A stretch of DNA of 64,000 nt from a virus (IMGVR_UViG_2030936005_000025:192001-256000), one strand, 5' to 3'. Counted from the stretch's first letter, positions 1 through 8,977 are shown. Notes: generated from the letters alone by a model not told the origin. Translations and numbers: made by a program.

Positions 1-463
1 TAGCAAAAACTACTTTGTCACCTGTTGTTTCAGATTCAGCCACTTTAGTGGAATCACCACCGATATCACGGTTATCAGAAATAGAAACACGATATGCGCC
101 ACTACCCGCTTCTTCTACCTGGAAGAAGATATCATGATGGACACTGTTGAGAGAACCCAGGTCATCCCAATACAGGGCGATATATACACGGTTATAACGA
201 ATACCGTCTAAACGATCGCGTTGTACTCGACCACCGATTGCTTTGACATCTTTGTCAACACCAGAGGCAAAGATAGTGGTCAACGGAGGTGGGATAATAA
301 CAACCTGAATATCGCTGTTGTGGAAGAATTCGTTCACAACTGTATTGATGGTATCAATAGAAACCATACTCGGTAACTGAATACCGATGATGCCCTGCTG
401 AAGTGGATTGGATTCCAGTTTGTGCTGGATCATCTTAACAAAGTTTACGCCGGTAACATTCAT
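1..463 (-). CDS. hypothetical protein, partial (3' end runs off the window)
   Basis: Open frame read by hand from ATG at 463 (MNVTGVNFVKMIQHKLESNPLQQGIIG...) to the window edge; co-oriented with neighbours; absent from the ORF track. Confidence 0.65.
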   Translation of the reverse strand, partial: MNVTGVNFVKMIQHKLESNPLQQGIIGIQLPSMVSIDTINTVVNEFFHNSDIQVVIIPPPLTTIFASGVDKDVKAIGGRVQRDRLDGIRYNRVYIALYWDDLGSLNSVHHDIFFQVEEAGSGAYRVSISDNRDIGGDSTKVAESETTGDKVVFA

Positions 464-620
464 TAGTGTGTTCCTAAAGTAGAAAGATAATCGATAAAGA
501 TCACGGCCGGGACTTCACGACCCACCGGTTTGGTCGAAGACGTTGCTCTTAATGCACAAGGAGTGATAACAGTAAAGTTTTTGTCTTTACTAAATTCCTT
601 GGTGCGAACAAACAGTTCCT

Positions 621-944
621 TCAGTTCTTCTTGAGACATTCTTCAACATCCTTGATATTAAGCGTGGCGATAACTTGTAGGGTATTCCACGGTCGACCTA
701 ACGGGGCGTATGGATGACCCATGCCATGTTCGGGTTGAGGTGTCTGAAGTTTAAGGAGATCCTCGACTGGGATTCCGGTGAACTCAGAGATATCATCGAG
801 GTGACATTTTAACAACTCAGGGAATTCGTCGTTTAACATCGCCTCGATAAACTTACCGCTGTAATTATATTTACACTTGAAAGAAATCAGGGTTTTAATA
901 TCGGTAAACCCGTGTTTCTCTTTTAACAGTTTACCGATTTCCAT
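621..944 (-). CDS. hypothetical protein, possible HTH-like
   Basis: 107 aa; abuts next gene; LDDISEFTGIPVEDLL looks HTH-like. Confidence 0.6.
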   Translation of the reverse strand: MEIGKLLKEKHGFTDIKTLISFKCKYNYSGKFIEAMLNDEFPELLKCHLDDISEFTGIPVEDLLKLQTPQPEHGMGHPYAPLGRPWNTLQVIATLNIKDVEECLKKN

Positions 945-1438
945 TATTCTTTCTCCGGGAGTCTCATTATTGAACTGAGATCAGGGATCTCGATATCTAC
1001 AGATATCATTCGCTTACCTTCATGAAACCAGGTCAACACGAGTTTAGGGACAATGGAGTTGATAGCATGTGCAAGATCGTTGGTTATCAACTCATCTGTT
1101 TTCTTCTTAAAAACAAATTCATTTTCAGGCCAACCTAATACACGCCAGTAAACAAGGGGTTCACTTTTAAATAAACCAGGACCAACATGAATTCTTCCCA
1201 GTCTTTTATCTTTCTTATGAATGTCAAGATAGATACTGTCACCCAACCATGACCCATCAATCTCATAGCCACCTAAAAGTAGATCGATATAGGGATCGGA
1301 ATCTTCGCGTCTGAAAAACATATCAGACAGTTTGAGAAAGAGCTGCTCAAACTCTAATTCAATCTGAGCTTGCTTTCTTAAACAAAGTTCGTTGCGGTAC
1401 TTCTTAGAGAACAGCTTTTTGAATAAATGAATTAACAT
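944..1438 (-). CDS. hypothetical protein
   Basis: 164 aa in a tightly packed minus-strand run; GAGG RBS. Confidence 0.7.
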   Translation of the reverse strand: MLIHLFKKLFSKKYRNELCLRKQAQIELEFEQLFLKLSDMFFRREDSDPYIDLLLGGYEIDGSWLGDSIYLDIHKKDKRLGRIHVGPGLFKSEPLVYWRVLGWPENEFVFKKKTDELITNDLAHAINSIVPKLVLTWFHEGKRMISVDIEIPDLSSIMRLPEKE

Positions 1439-1445
1439 ATCAACC

Positions 1446-1784
1446 TCAGTGAAGAGTTGTCAGGGATTTGTAAACACGACCGATGAGTTGAGTGTTGCCG
1501 TCAGCGAATTTATCGACAATCCACTTTGAACCCATGGCTGTTGTGTTAGCTAATTGTTGAGGCTCTATTTTAAATGCGATGGTTTCACCGTACCAATCGA
1601 TAACATAAACAACCAGGTGACCGTTTTCACTGGCGAAGTGTGCTTCGATGTTGTTATTACGATGCTGATATTTTAACACATCGGTGGCTTTGCCTTCAGT
1701 AACCAATTTACAGATGTGTTCCATTACTGGGGTGATGAATTCTTTTAATTCATTACGGAGTTTTTTACGTGTTACTTTATCCAT
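1446..1784 (-). CDS. hypothetical protein
   Basis: 112 aa; overlaps upstream gene by 8 nt. Confidence 0.7.
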   Translation of the reverse strand: MDKVTRKKLRNELKEFITPVMEHICKLVTEGKATDVLKYQHRNNNIEAHFASENGHLVVYVIDWYGETIAFKIEPQQLANTTAMGSKWIVDKFADGNTQLIGRVYKSLTTLH

Positions 1785-2064
1785 TGTTCTTTCTCTCTGA
1801 GATATTGCGATAGACTTGTTCGTTATGGCCTGGAGTTTGACGCAGCATCAGGTCCAATTCACGGTACGTAACAAAACCCAACCAGTCATGCTGACCGTGA
1901 AGAATCTTGTTAGCTAATTCAACAGACAGGTTATGGATACGGGCAAAGTCATATACATCCAAACCAAGGCGTTTCATGTGACGACGGATGACTTCGGAAA
2001 ATGCTTTATTAATTTCCGTTTGTGTCATAGCTTTCTTTTCGACGACTGAAAGTAAATTACGCAT
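1777..2064 (-). CDS. putative XRE-like helix-turn-helix protein
   Basis: 95 aa; IRRHMKRLGLDVYDFARIHNLSVELANKILHG fits an HTH_XRE pattern. Confidence 0.5.
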   Translation of the reverse strand: MRNLLSVVEKKAMTQTEINKAFSEVIRRHMKRLGLDVYDFARIHNLSVELANKILHGQHDWLGFVTYRELDLMLRQTPGHNEQVYRNISERKNNG

Positions 2065-2133
2065 GCGTTCTTCTCTCTAAGGTTAATTAAGATGACCCAG
2101 CCGAAGCCAGATCATCTTAGTGGTAGTTTGATA

Positions 2134-2493
2134 TTAATCGGCCCAACTCAGTAACAAGGAATCGTCACCTTCGAAAGCAAACGTGTCACGCTGCTCTTTC
2201 AGTGCATCAATCAGCTTGTTACCTTTAAACTGAATAGGGTCACTCCATTCCCCAATGCGTTCTTCCAACCCAGCGACAATACGATCGATGAGTTCAGGAG
2301 ACAATACGTGGAAATCCATATCCTCGTCATACGTTACGTCGAGAATCTCCATCAGCGCATCCGCAATATCCCCGATGCGAGGCTGGCGAAAAATCTCACG
2401 AGTATAGTCGGCATGATCATTATATCCCAAAATTGGCTTCATCTCTTCAATGTAATCATCGTCGATCAAAGACAGTTCTACGTAATGCGCCAT
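2134..2493 (-). CDS. acidic hypothetical protein
   Basis: 119 aa; AAGGA RBS; followed by a hairpin near 2089-2118. Confidence 0.7.
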   Translation of the reverse strand: MAHYVELSLIDDDYIEEMKPILGYNDHADYTREIFRQPRIGDIADALMEILDVTYDEDMDFHVLSPELIDRIVAGLEERIGEWSDPIQFKGNKLIDALKEQRDTFAFEGDDSLLLSWAD

Positions 2494-2502
2494 GATAAAT
2501 CC

Positions 2503-3024
2503 TTATTCGCTAATGTATGACCGGGTATTAAGCTTCGTGATAAAATGACCTAATACACCCATCGTAATTTCATCGTTAATAAAATGATCCTGGGGAACGT
2601 ATCGGACTTCTCCAATATTAGTCCGAACGACAATCATATCAGCAAGGATGATGATCTTACCCAATGGAGTTTTACTGTGATCCTTTTCCACGTTAATGGA
2701 CAAGGGGAATTCGTTAAGAGGGGTAAAGAGGTACTCGTTCACTGATAGAGGAGTAAAGTCTTTCAACGTTCTCGTCATCAGCTGATTAAGCAATTCAGAA
2801 AACTTCATCGTAAATTGGATCAAAGACTGAGTGTCACATTGATCGGCTTCAACATGGAGTCTTGAGATAACTTCTTCTAGCAGCAGCTTTTGTATTTCAG
2901 GTTTAGAATGATCGAACTCTGCATCTAAGGTGACTGCCATCTCAAGCATTTCCTCATCCACCTTTTTCTTCAGGTGATTTGCATACCGATCAACAACTCT
3001 CAATAACTCCTTCTGACATTTCAT
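2503..3024 (-). CDS. hypothetical protein
   Basis: 173 aa; AGGA RBS. Confidence 0.7.
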   Translation of the reverse strand: MKCQKELLRVVDRYANHLKKKVDEEMLEMAVTLDAEFDHSKPEIQKLLLEEVISRLHVEADQCDTQSLIQFTMKFSELLNQLMTRTLKDFTPLSVNEYLFTPLNEFPLSINVEKDHSKTPLGKIIILADMIVVRTNIGEVRYVPQDHFINDEITMGVLGHFITKLNTRSYISE

Positions 3025-3337
3025 TCTTATTCCTAAAAATTATAAGGCGCATTTACCCTGGCTACCGATTAAGGTAACCAAGGTTCTTTTTCTATCAATT
3101 TTCAGGATTTTTGTTTTTCCCTATATCCTTTTTATTCCCTTTATATATTCTCTTAATACTCTTATATGGTTTACTTAAATTATATAAGTAGTGGGATCCT
3201 CCCAAGGGCAACGTCAAGGGAGATCCCCCCATTATCCCCCCTTAACATCCACTTTTTACAAGAGATGTTGAGAAGAGATAATAGGGAAAAAAGAGAATTA
3301 TAATGCATAGTATAAAAAGGGTATTTGAAAAAGTACG

Positions 3338-3721
3338 TTAAGCCGTTTCGTTTAACCGAGGAATACCGTACTCAACAATGGTTGCCAAGAAGGTATACTT
3401 CATCTTGATGCCATCAGACTCAACGCAGATATGAAGCCGGTTACTATCGAATTCGCGTTTTATCTCGATATCGACACCCGGAACCATATCTCCTACTCGT
3501 TTGATGATACCTAAGAGATCAGAGTAATGCAGTGCGTTATGCACCAGCAGTTTCTTGTTGATCTCGATTTCAATATTACCAAAAGCTTTCTGGGTGTCTT
3601 TGACCGCCTGTTTGATTACTTGCGCTTCGCTAATAAGCACACAAGTTAACCAAATTGCGGTCCCCGCAATTGCGATCAATATGACAATCATAATAATCCC
3701 TAAAAGTGTGTATCCGGTCAT
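3338..3721 (-). CDS. hypothetical membrane-anchored protein
   Basis: 127 aa; N-terminal hydrophobic helix LLGIIMIVILIAIAGTAIWLTCVLI. Confidence 0.7.
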   Translation of the reverse strand: MTGYTLLGIIMIVILIAIAGTAIWLTCVLISEAQVIKQAVKDTQKAFGNIEIEINKKLLVHNALHYSDLLGIIKRVGDMVPGVDIEIKREFDSNRLHICVESDGIKMKYTFLATIVEYGIPRLNETA

Positions 3722-3792
3722 GATTTTTTATTCTCTTCTGTGTGCAGCATAAAAGTAAATAGACAGGGAGCGAACTCCCTATCTACGTAAGT

Positions 3793-4476
3793 TTACTTCA
3801 AGTTTACATCGACATGCTCAAGCAGTGCTTCACGCAGCCACTTGTTTACTGGGTCGTTAGAAGCATTGGCATAGTAGCTACGCATGATGCCGGCATGTAC
3901 CGGAATGTAATTGGTCAGCTCACCCTTGATACCGCCTGTGTGAATATCCACGAACACCTGAAGCTTGTTCGTAATACCACGTTGTACAGTTACGCGGGTT
4001 GAAAGTAGTTGATCAAGATGGAACGCACCATACTTGATCTCTTTGACGTTCTGACCAAAGGTTAAACGTTTCAGCCAACCGATCTCGGTAATGAATGGCT
4101 TGATGTTAACCTTCTTGATACTTTCCGTAATAACGGTGATTGAATCAGTATAGATCGCCCGGTACTCTTTGTGGAACCAGACTTCCAATTGATTTAACAC
4201 CGCCTTGCTAATCGTTGCCGTTTTACCCAGTTTAAACGATTTGGATGTTCCGTCCTTAGAAGCCATCAGCACTAGATGATAAGCCCCATCGAGTAGGACG
4301 ATCGTTGCAGATACACCATTGGCCGCAAACAGAACCATTGACGGTTCGATTACACTACCTGGACGATGCACAAGTGCCAGGTCGTTGAGGCGTTTGTTTA
4401 CTTCAGCCAGATTCCCTGCCAGAATAGTCAGGAACATGCGAAGATAAATTACTGCTACGTTTTGATAGTCAAACAT
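3793..4476 (-). CDS. hypothetical protein
   Basis: 227 aa; promoter motif at 4517-4524 upstream, hairpin near 3756-3787 downstream. Confidence 0.75.
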   Translation of the reverse strand: MFDYQNVAVIYLRMFLTILAGNLAEVNKRLNDLALVHRPGSVIEPSMVLFAANGVSATIVLLDGAYHLVLMASKDGTSKSFKLGKTATISKAVLNQLEVWFHKEYRAIYTDSITVITESIKKVNIKPFITEIGWLKRLTFGQNVKEIKYGAFHLDQLLSTRVTVQRGITNKLQVFVDIHTGGIKGELTNYIPVHAGIMRSYYANASNDPVNKWLREALLEHVDVNLK

Positions 4477-4516
4477 TTAACTACATCCTCAGATTTTGAG
4501 TATTGAGTGAAGGTGT

Positions 4517-4524
4517 GTAATATC
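4517..4524 (-). promoter_or_regulatory. putative phage early promoter (GATATTAC)
   Basis: One of ~11 copies of the recurrent motif; close to the phiKZ early consensus TATATTAC. Confidence 0.55.
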
Positions 4525-4579
4525 CATATTTGTTATTTTCTCCTTTACTGCGTAAACAGTAAGGGATCACAATATAGCG

Positions 4580-5032
4580 TTATTGTGGGAGCACTACCAC
4601 AGGAACGAATACCGGACTCCAATTAATCTGTTGATCTTTGGTTAGAGAACGAATGTCCCAGAGAGAACACAAGACGAATTCTTGCCCGTCAATATTCACG
4701 TTGATGGTGAACGTATCCTTATTACCAATCCAGTCGACAGTCACCTTTTCGAATGGACGGTTTTCACCGATGCCCTGAATGTATGAGTTAAATTCACCCA
4801 TGATCTCTTTTGAGATAGTGCCGTTGACCCTATACATCGAATAGAGTCTGGCCTCTATCTTGCTTAAGAACTCCCCGATGTCCTTACGGTACTTAATCGA
4901 CTTGTCGATCTTGTACTTCTCACGTTCTTTCTGAGCTGCGGAATAACGCCAGTAGGCTGGCATTATTACATCCCTGAAGAGATACCCCAGTGCGAAACCG
5001 ATGACAACACAAAGGAAGAGATTAGTTAACAT
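4580..5032 (-). CDS. hypothetical membrane-anchored protein
   Basis: 150 aa; N-terminal TM helix. Confidence 0.7.
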   Translation of the reverse strand: MLTNLFLCVVIGFALGYLFRDVIMPAYWRYSAAQKEREKYKIDKSIKYRKDIGEFLSKIEARLYSMYRVNGTISKEIMGEFNSYIQGIGENRPFEKVTVDWIGNKDTFTINVNIDGQEFVLCSLWDIRSLTKDQQINWSPVFVPVVVLPQ

Positions 5033-5046
5033 ATTTGCCTCTAAAG

Positions 5047-5379
5047 TTAAATGGGTTTAACAAAGTAGGAGAGAATATCAAGCGAGATCTCTGGACTAAC
5101 CTTGGCGTGACGAAGGTGATAGTGGATAACTTTACCCTCGATCCCAGTTGCATTGACTGTGATGTCATTTTGACCAACCAGGATAACGTTCTTATCCGGG
5201 ATGTTGTCCACATCGATCAATGCATGACCAACACCTGTATAAATCGTAAAAGTACGATTATCCACATGAGCGGTGTATTCACCGCGAGCCAGTTCCAGAT
5301 TAACGATCTTATTCAGCAGAGTGTGAAACTCCTGCTGTTGTTTGATAACACGCATGATACGATCTTCTTGCTCTTTCAT
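5047..5379 (-). CDS. hypothetical protein
   Basis: 110 aa in the co-oriented run. Confidence 0.7.
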   Translation of the reverse strand: MKEQEDRIMRVIKQQQEFHTLLNKIVNLELARGEYTAHVDNRTFTIYTGVGHALIDVDNIPDKNVILVGQNDITVNATGIEGKVIHYHLRHAKVSPEISLDILSYFVKPI

Positions 5380-5382
5380 TTG

Positions 5383-5841
5383 TCACTCCAACCACGGGAA
5401 GATGGTGATTAACATTTTCTGAAATGCGAGATCAGACAGATAACATCCAGACTTGGTTTGATCGCTAAAATCAACCAAAGGGTAGATGTGACTAACTAAT
5501 TCGCCTGATTGATCACTAAGCCAACGTAATGACTTATCAGTAGGAAGTTGAGATACATTAGGTTCATCAAAGAAAATCGGTTTCCCTTCAAGGTTCAGCA
5601 AAGGTGTGGTATTGTGATTAACCCAGAAGGTTTGAATAAATGGATTACTTGCATCACTTACCAGAATTCTGACCTGAGAATTAAATGGCTTCCATGATAT
5701 TTCAAAACGCTTGAGTCCAACAACGTGGACCTCGGGATACTGATTTTCTTCAGGTGCCCGGTCAATGCCATCCCGCAACATGTAGAGCTCAGCGCTCCAG
5801 CCCGTGAGGAAATGGTATAATCTAAACTGACTATCTTTCAT
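5383..5841 (-). CDS. hypothetical protein
   Basis: 152 aa; 2-3 nt spacing to neighbours. Confidence 0.7.
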   Translation of the reverse strand: MKDSQFRLYHFLTGWSAELYMLRDGIDRAPEENQYPEVHVVGLKRFEISWKPFNSQVRILVSDASNPFIQTFWVNHNTTPLLNLEGKPIFFDEPNVSQLPTDKSLRWLSDQSGELVSHIYPLVDFSDQTKSGCYLSDLAFQKMLITIFPWLE

Positions 5842-5843
5842 GG

Positions 5844-6218
5844 TTACCCCTGTTTTGCTGGACCCACCAATTTGTCCATCACCTCTTTGATGATGATTTC
5901 AATTTCGATCGGATCCGGCACTTCGGTTAATTTATCTTTAGCAAGCTTGCGCTGCAGATTCACCATCACGGCATTGAAGATGGTGTCGAGGTCAATGTCC
6001 ATGACCTCCTCGTACTTGAGTACCTCGTGATACACACGCAGGTAATCCAGGTGGATGATTTCTTTCGCACGAGTTTTACTGCCAGCAAACTTAGCTTTAC
6101 GGGACATAGATCTTTCCTTCTTAGGAGGTAAATTGGCACGATGCCAAGAATAACGAGCGAGACCGGCTATTAGACCGCCGACCAAGAATAAAAATAGGAT
6201 CCAGTATACAACGGACAT
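5844..6218 (-). CDS. hypothetical membrane-anchored protein
   Basis: 124 aa; N-terminal TM helix then a basic stretch. Confidence 0.7.
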   Translation of the reverse strand: MSVVYWILFLFLVGGLIAGLARYSWHRANLPPKKERSMSRKAKFAGSKTRAKEIIHLDYLRVYHEVLKYEEVMDIDLDTIFNAVMVNLQRKLAKDKLTEVPDPIEIEIIIKEVMDKLVGPAKQG

Positions 6219-6815
6219 TTAGACCTCAAAGAGTTTATCCATCTTTACTTCATTACCATTTTCGTCAGTGACTTTGTGAATCAAGCCATTCAAGATTGAG
6301 CCACGATAAGGGTGTTGAATGCCACCTTTGGAGATCAATACTTCAAAGTCAGCATCATAGGTCTTAGTGTCACGATAGTTGTACAGCACTTTGTAGCCGT
6401 AGCAGTAATCCAAATTGTTACCACTTTCACTACAATAAAATGACAAGGTAGATTTGATAAGCTCTGCAGCCTCAAATCCCAGTGCTGTATCAATGACGCG
6501 CGCAATCAGATTATGGTGACTACTGATACGGTCATTGAGCTTGAAGTAAAAGTCGTGAGGACGTAACTCAGCAATGATATAATCAGCAATCCCTTCTTTA
6601 GGACGGGTAAACACAAACTGACCATCCTGCTCAATACCAAAGATATGAAGACGGATGGTACGATTAATAATAAATTCAATAGCAATAATGTCCAGACCTC
6701 TGGCTCCTTGATTACGAAGCTTGGCTGGATTAACGATATAACTCTTTACCGATTGAACACTAAAGTGATCGTTCAGTAAATCTGTGAAATAAGTACGTAC
6801 GGTTTCAATATTCAT
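6219..6815 (-). CDS. hypothetical protein
   Basis: 198 aa; first gene after the promoter motif at 6861. Confidence 0.75.
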   Translation of the reverse strand: MNIETVRTYFTDLLNDHFSVQSVKSYIVNPAKLRNQGARGLDIIAIEFIINRTIRLHIFGIEQDGQFVFTRPKEGIADYIIAELRPHDFYFKLNDRISSHHNLIARVIDTALGFEAAELIKSTLSFYCSESGNNLDYCYGYKVLYNYRDTKTYDADFEVLISKGGIQHPYRGSILNGLIHKVTDENGNEVKMDKLFEV

Positions 6816-6860
6816 CTTTTCAATCCTAAGGTTAAAAACTAAGTGTGGTTCTTCACTCTA

Positions 6861-6868
6861 ATAATATC
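6861..6868 (-). promoter_or_regulatory. putative phage early promoter (GATATTAT)
   Basis: Recurrent motif, minus-strand context AAATAGATATTATTAGAGTG. Confidence 0.6.
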
Positions 6869-6899
6869 TATTTAATTAATTATGAGAGATCTTTATTTT

Positions 6900-7430
6900 A
6901 TGTAAGAAACGATGTCATTTTATTTTCATTTCGCTATGGGTATTTCTGAATGCCCATAATGAAGTGTGACCGCCATCGTGCTTCTTGGTAGTTTTGCCAT
7001 TCTTTATTGCTATCTACAAAGTGGGGAGGCGGCCTTCCTCCCCCTTTCCTTAAGTACATTTGATTGGGTGTATTTAAGGAAAGCATGGGGGCATGCTTTT
7101 ATTCTGTTGTAAGTCGTGGTTGTTAAAGGACCCAGAGGGTTGGTTTGACTTTTCCTCTTCCCTTTGGGTTCTTTATTTAACATTTCTCTATGTTTGTTTA
7201 TTGAGCTGACATAGAGAAGTGCGCGCCGGTACTTCTTATCCATGTTCTTGCTTCGCCAGATGGTTTGGCAGAGGGGCTTTAGGTAGCCCCTTCTTTCTAT
7301 GTGTATTTACGAGTATACATAGAAAGCGTACCTAGCTGGTATCGCCCATCCCGCTAGTTTTTCTATCGCCTTCTTTTCTAGCCGGGATTACTTAGCCCTG
7401 TGGGGAGATTTTCTACAGGGCGCTTTTCAA
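6900..7430 (+). ncRNA. candidate structured RNA or long structured leader (array of long hairpins)
   Basis: At least eight stems of 7-15 bp, e.g. 7044-7058/7069-7083, 7125-7139/7160-7174, 7293-7305/7314-7326; G-U wobbles favour the + strand. Confidence 0.45.
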
Positions 7431-7440
7431 TGGAGAACCC

Positions 7441-7740
7441 ATGTCACAAGTTGATTTGAACACCCCTGCTTTCGTTAGCTATTCAAAGGCTAACGAGTCT
7501 ATGCTTTCCTCATTGAAAAGCAAGAAATCTGTTAAGTTCGCCCGTAAAGGCTGGAACGGTAAACAACTCCACGTCCAGGTACACGGATCCATTCCAACCA
7601 GTCAGGTTGATTTGGAGAATGGCGAGAACGCCTACATCGAACCTTTCTTTGTTATCGTTAACAAAGCAAACAGCCGCGTGAACATCTGGGTACCATCGGT
7701 CTCAGATCTGCAAGCTGAAGACTGGTACGAAGTTCAGTAA
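7441..7740 (+). CDS. DUF2829-family protein (Tad2-like anti-Thoeris sponge candidate)
   Basis: Signature ARKGWNGK...WVPSVSDLQAEDW. Confidence 0.75.
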   Translation: MSQVDLNTPAFVSYSKANESMLSSLKSKKSVKFARKGWNGKQLHVQVHGSIPTSQVDLENGENAYIEPFFVIVNKANSRVNIWVPSVSDLQAEDWYEVQ

Positions 7741-7978
7741 TTTATTAACGCAGAGTTTATACTCTGTTAAAGAATTCCAGCCGGAGAGTGTAGCACATTA
7801 GCTAAGTGCATCCGGTATCTCTCCCGAGCATACATGTTCCAGTCGGCGGGAAGAGATCCAGAATTGACAGGACCACAATTTGGTTGATCAATCAATAGAT
7901 AAGTTTTATGTCAAGATAAGAACAGTCCTTTCACAGATTCTGAAAGTACACCAACTGTATCTAATCGAGATTAAATAG

Positions 7979-8203
7979 ATGAAACTTTATCTTATTGAGC
8001 GCACAGACAAAGTCTGCATATACGACAATTATTTTGCTACAGTGGTAGCAGCGCCCACAGAGGAAAGGTCACGTGAGTTAGCGTTGGCTTTATTCGCTCG
8101 AGGAGATGACTCGTCTTCGGATGAGTTCCTTGACGTAAGCACGATCGCTATAAACGCCCTTGTCCCTGAGGGTATAATCTTATCGGACTATAATGCCGGA
8201 TAA
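7979..8203 (+). CDS. small phage hypothetical protein
   Basis: 74 aa; MKLYLI...VVAA..EE..R...GIILSDYNAG resembles a widespread small phage protein family. Confidence 0.7.
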   Translation: MKLYLIERTDKVCIYDNYFATVVAAPTEERSRELALALFARGDDSSSDEFLDVSTIAINALVPEGIILSDYNAG

Positions 8204-8211
8204 GAGTAATG

Positions 8212-8337
8212 ACCGCCTGGAATTCCCGGAACCTCAAATTAAATTTGAGATCGAAAGAACATTGACGCTGGTTGCGAGTTGATAACGAAACCAAAGTCAT
8301 GGCTCCGGGAATTACTGATTTAAATATCGAAGGCGGT
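8212..8337 (+). ncRNA. candidate compact structured RNA of unknown class
   Basis: Nested helices ACCGCCT/AGGCGGT (8212-8218/8331-8337) and AATTCCCGGA/TCCGGGAATT (8221-8230/8304-8313) with two inner hairpins; intergenic; strand not certain. Confidence 0.5.
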
Positions 8338-8412
8338 AATATTATTTAGAGTCTATCTTATTTATCTTTTGACTGAACTTTCTCAGTCACTAAAAATATA
8401 AAGGTAAGTAAA

Positions 8413-8895
8413 ATGGATTCTATTGGGATGTTACTGTTGGCATTAATTGCAGGTGTCGGTATTGGTTCTGCGATCACTATTTTGATTCAAAAGCGTCGCG
8501 ACGCTGGAACGGTTGGTACCAATCCAGAACTGCACGCGTATATCACTTCTGCCGAGGCTAAACTTCAGGCTCAAGTTGATGAGCTTAAAACAAAACTCCT
8601 ACCTGCCGATACACAAGAGAAACTCAAAGGTATTGGCGATGGGTTACTGTCAACGATCAAAGATAAACTGCTTGACGATCTCTCTGGTTTGAGACTCAAT
8701 GGCGAATCACATCTTCAGCAAATCGAAGATATCGTGAAACGCATTGAAGGTCTGACTGAAGCTGAACTCGTCAAACTGCATCTGGAAAAAGAAACACCGC
8801 CCGCTGATCCAGTGTTGGCTGTCTCTCCTTCCGATCCACAGACAGTAGTCTCTTCTGAACCAGCGATTCCTGCTGATCAGAATAAAGTCGTTTAA
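8413..8895 (+). CDS. membrane-anchored coiled-coil protein
   Basis: 160 aa; N-terminal TM helix, helical middle, Pro-rich tail; AAGGT RBS. Confidence 0.75.
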   Translation: MDSIGMLLLALIAGVGIGSAITILIQKRRDAGTVGTNPELHAYITSAEAKLQAQVDELKTKLLPADTQEKLKGIGDGLLSTIKDKLLDDLSGLRLNGESHLQQIEDIVKRIEGLTEAELVKLHLEKETPPADPVLAVSPSDPQTVVSSEPAIPADQNKVV

Positions 8896-8901
8896 GTATT
8901 T

Positions 8902-8977
8902 GCTTCCATAGTTCAGTCGGCAGAACGGTCGCCTGTTAAGCGATATGTCGCAGGTTCGAGTCCTGCTGGAAGCGCCA
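8902..8977 (+). tRNA. trnN: tRNA-Asn (GTT)
   Basis: Canonical 76-nt cloverleaf: GCTTCCA/TGGAAGC acceptor, GTTC/GAAC D stem, loop CT-GTT-AA, GCAGG-TTCGAGT-CCTGC T arm, encoded CCA. Confidence 0.97.

Noticed and set aside
7010-7243. ORF 7010-7243 (-) as a gene
   Set aside because: Low-complexity basic product lying antisense to the hairpin array; probably incidental, though not excluded
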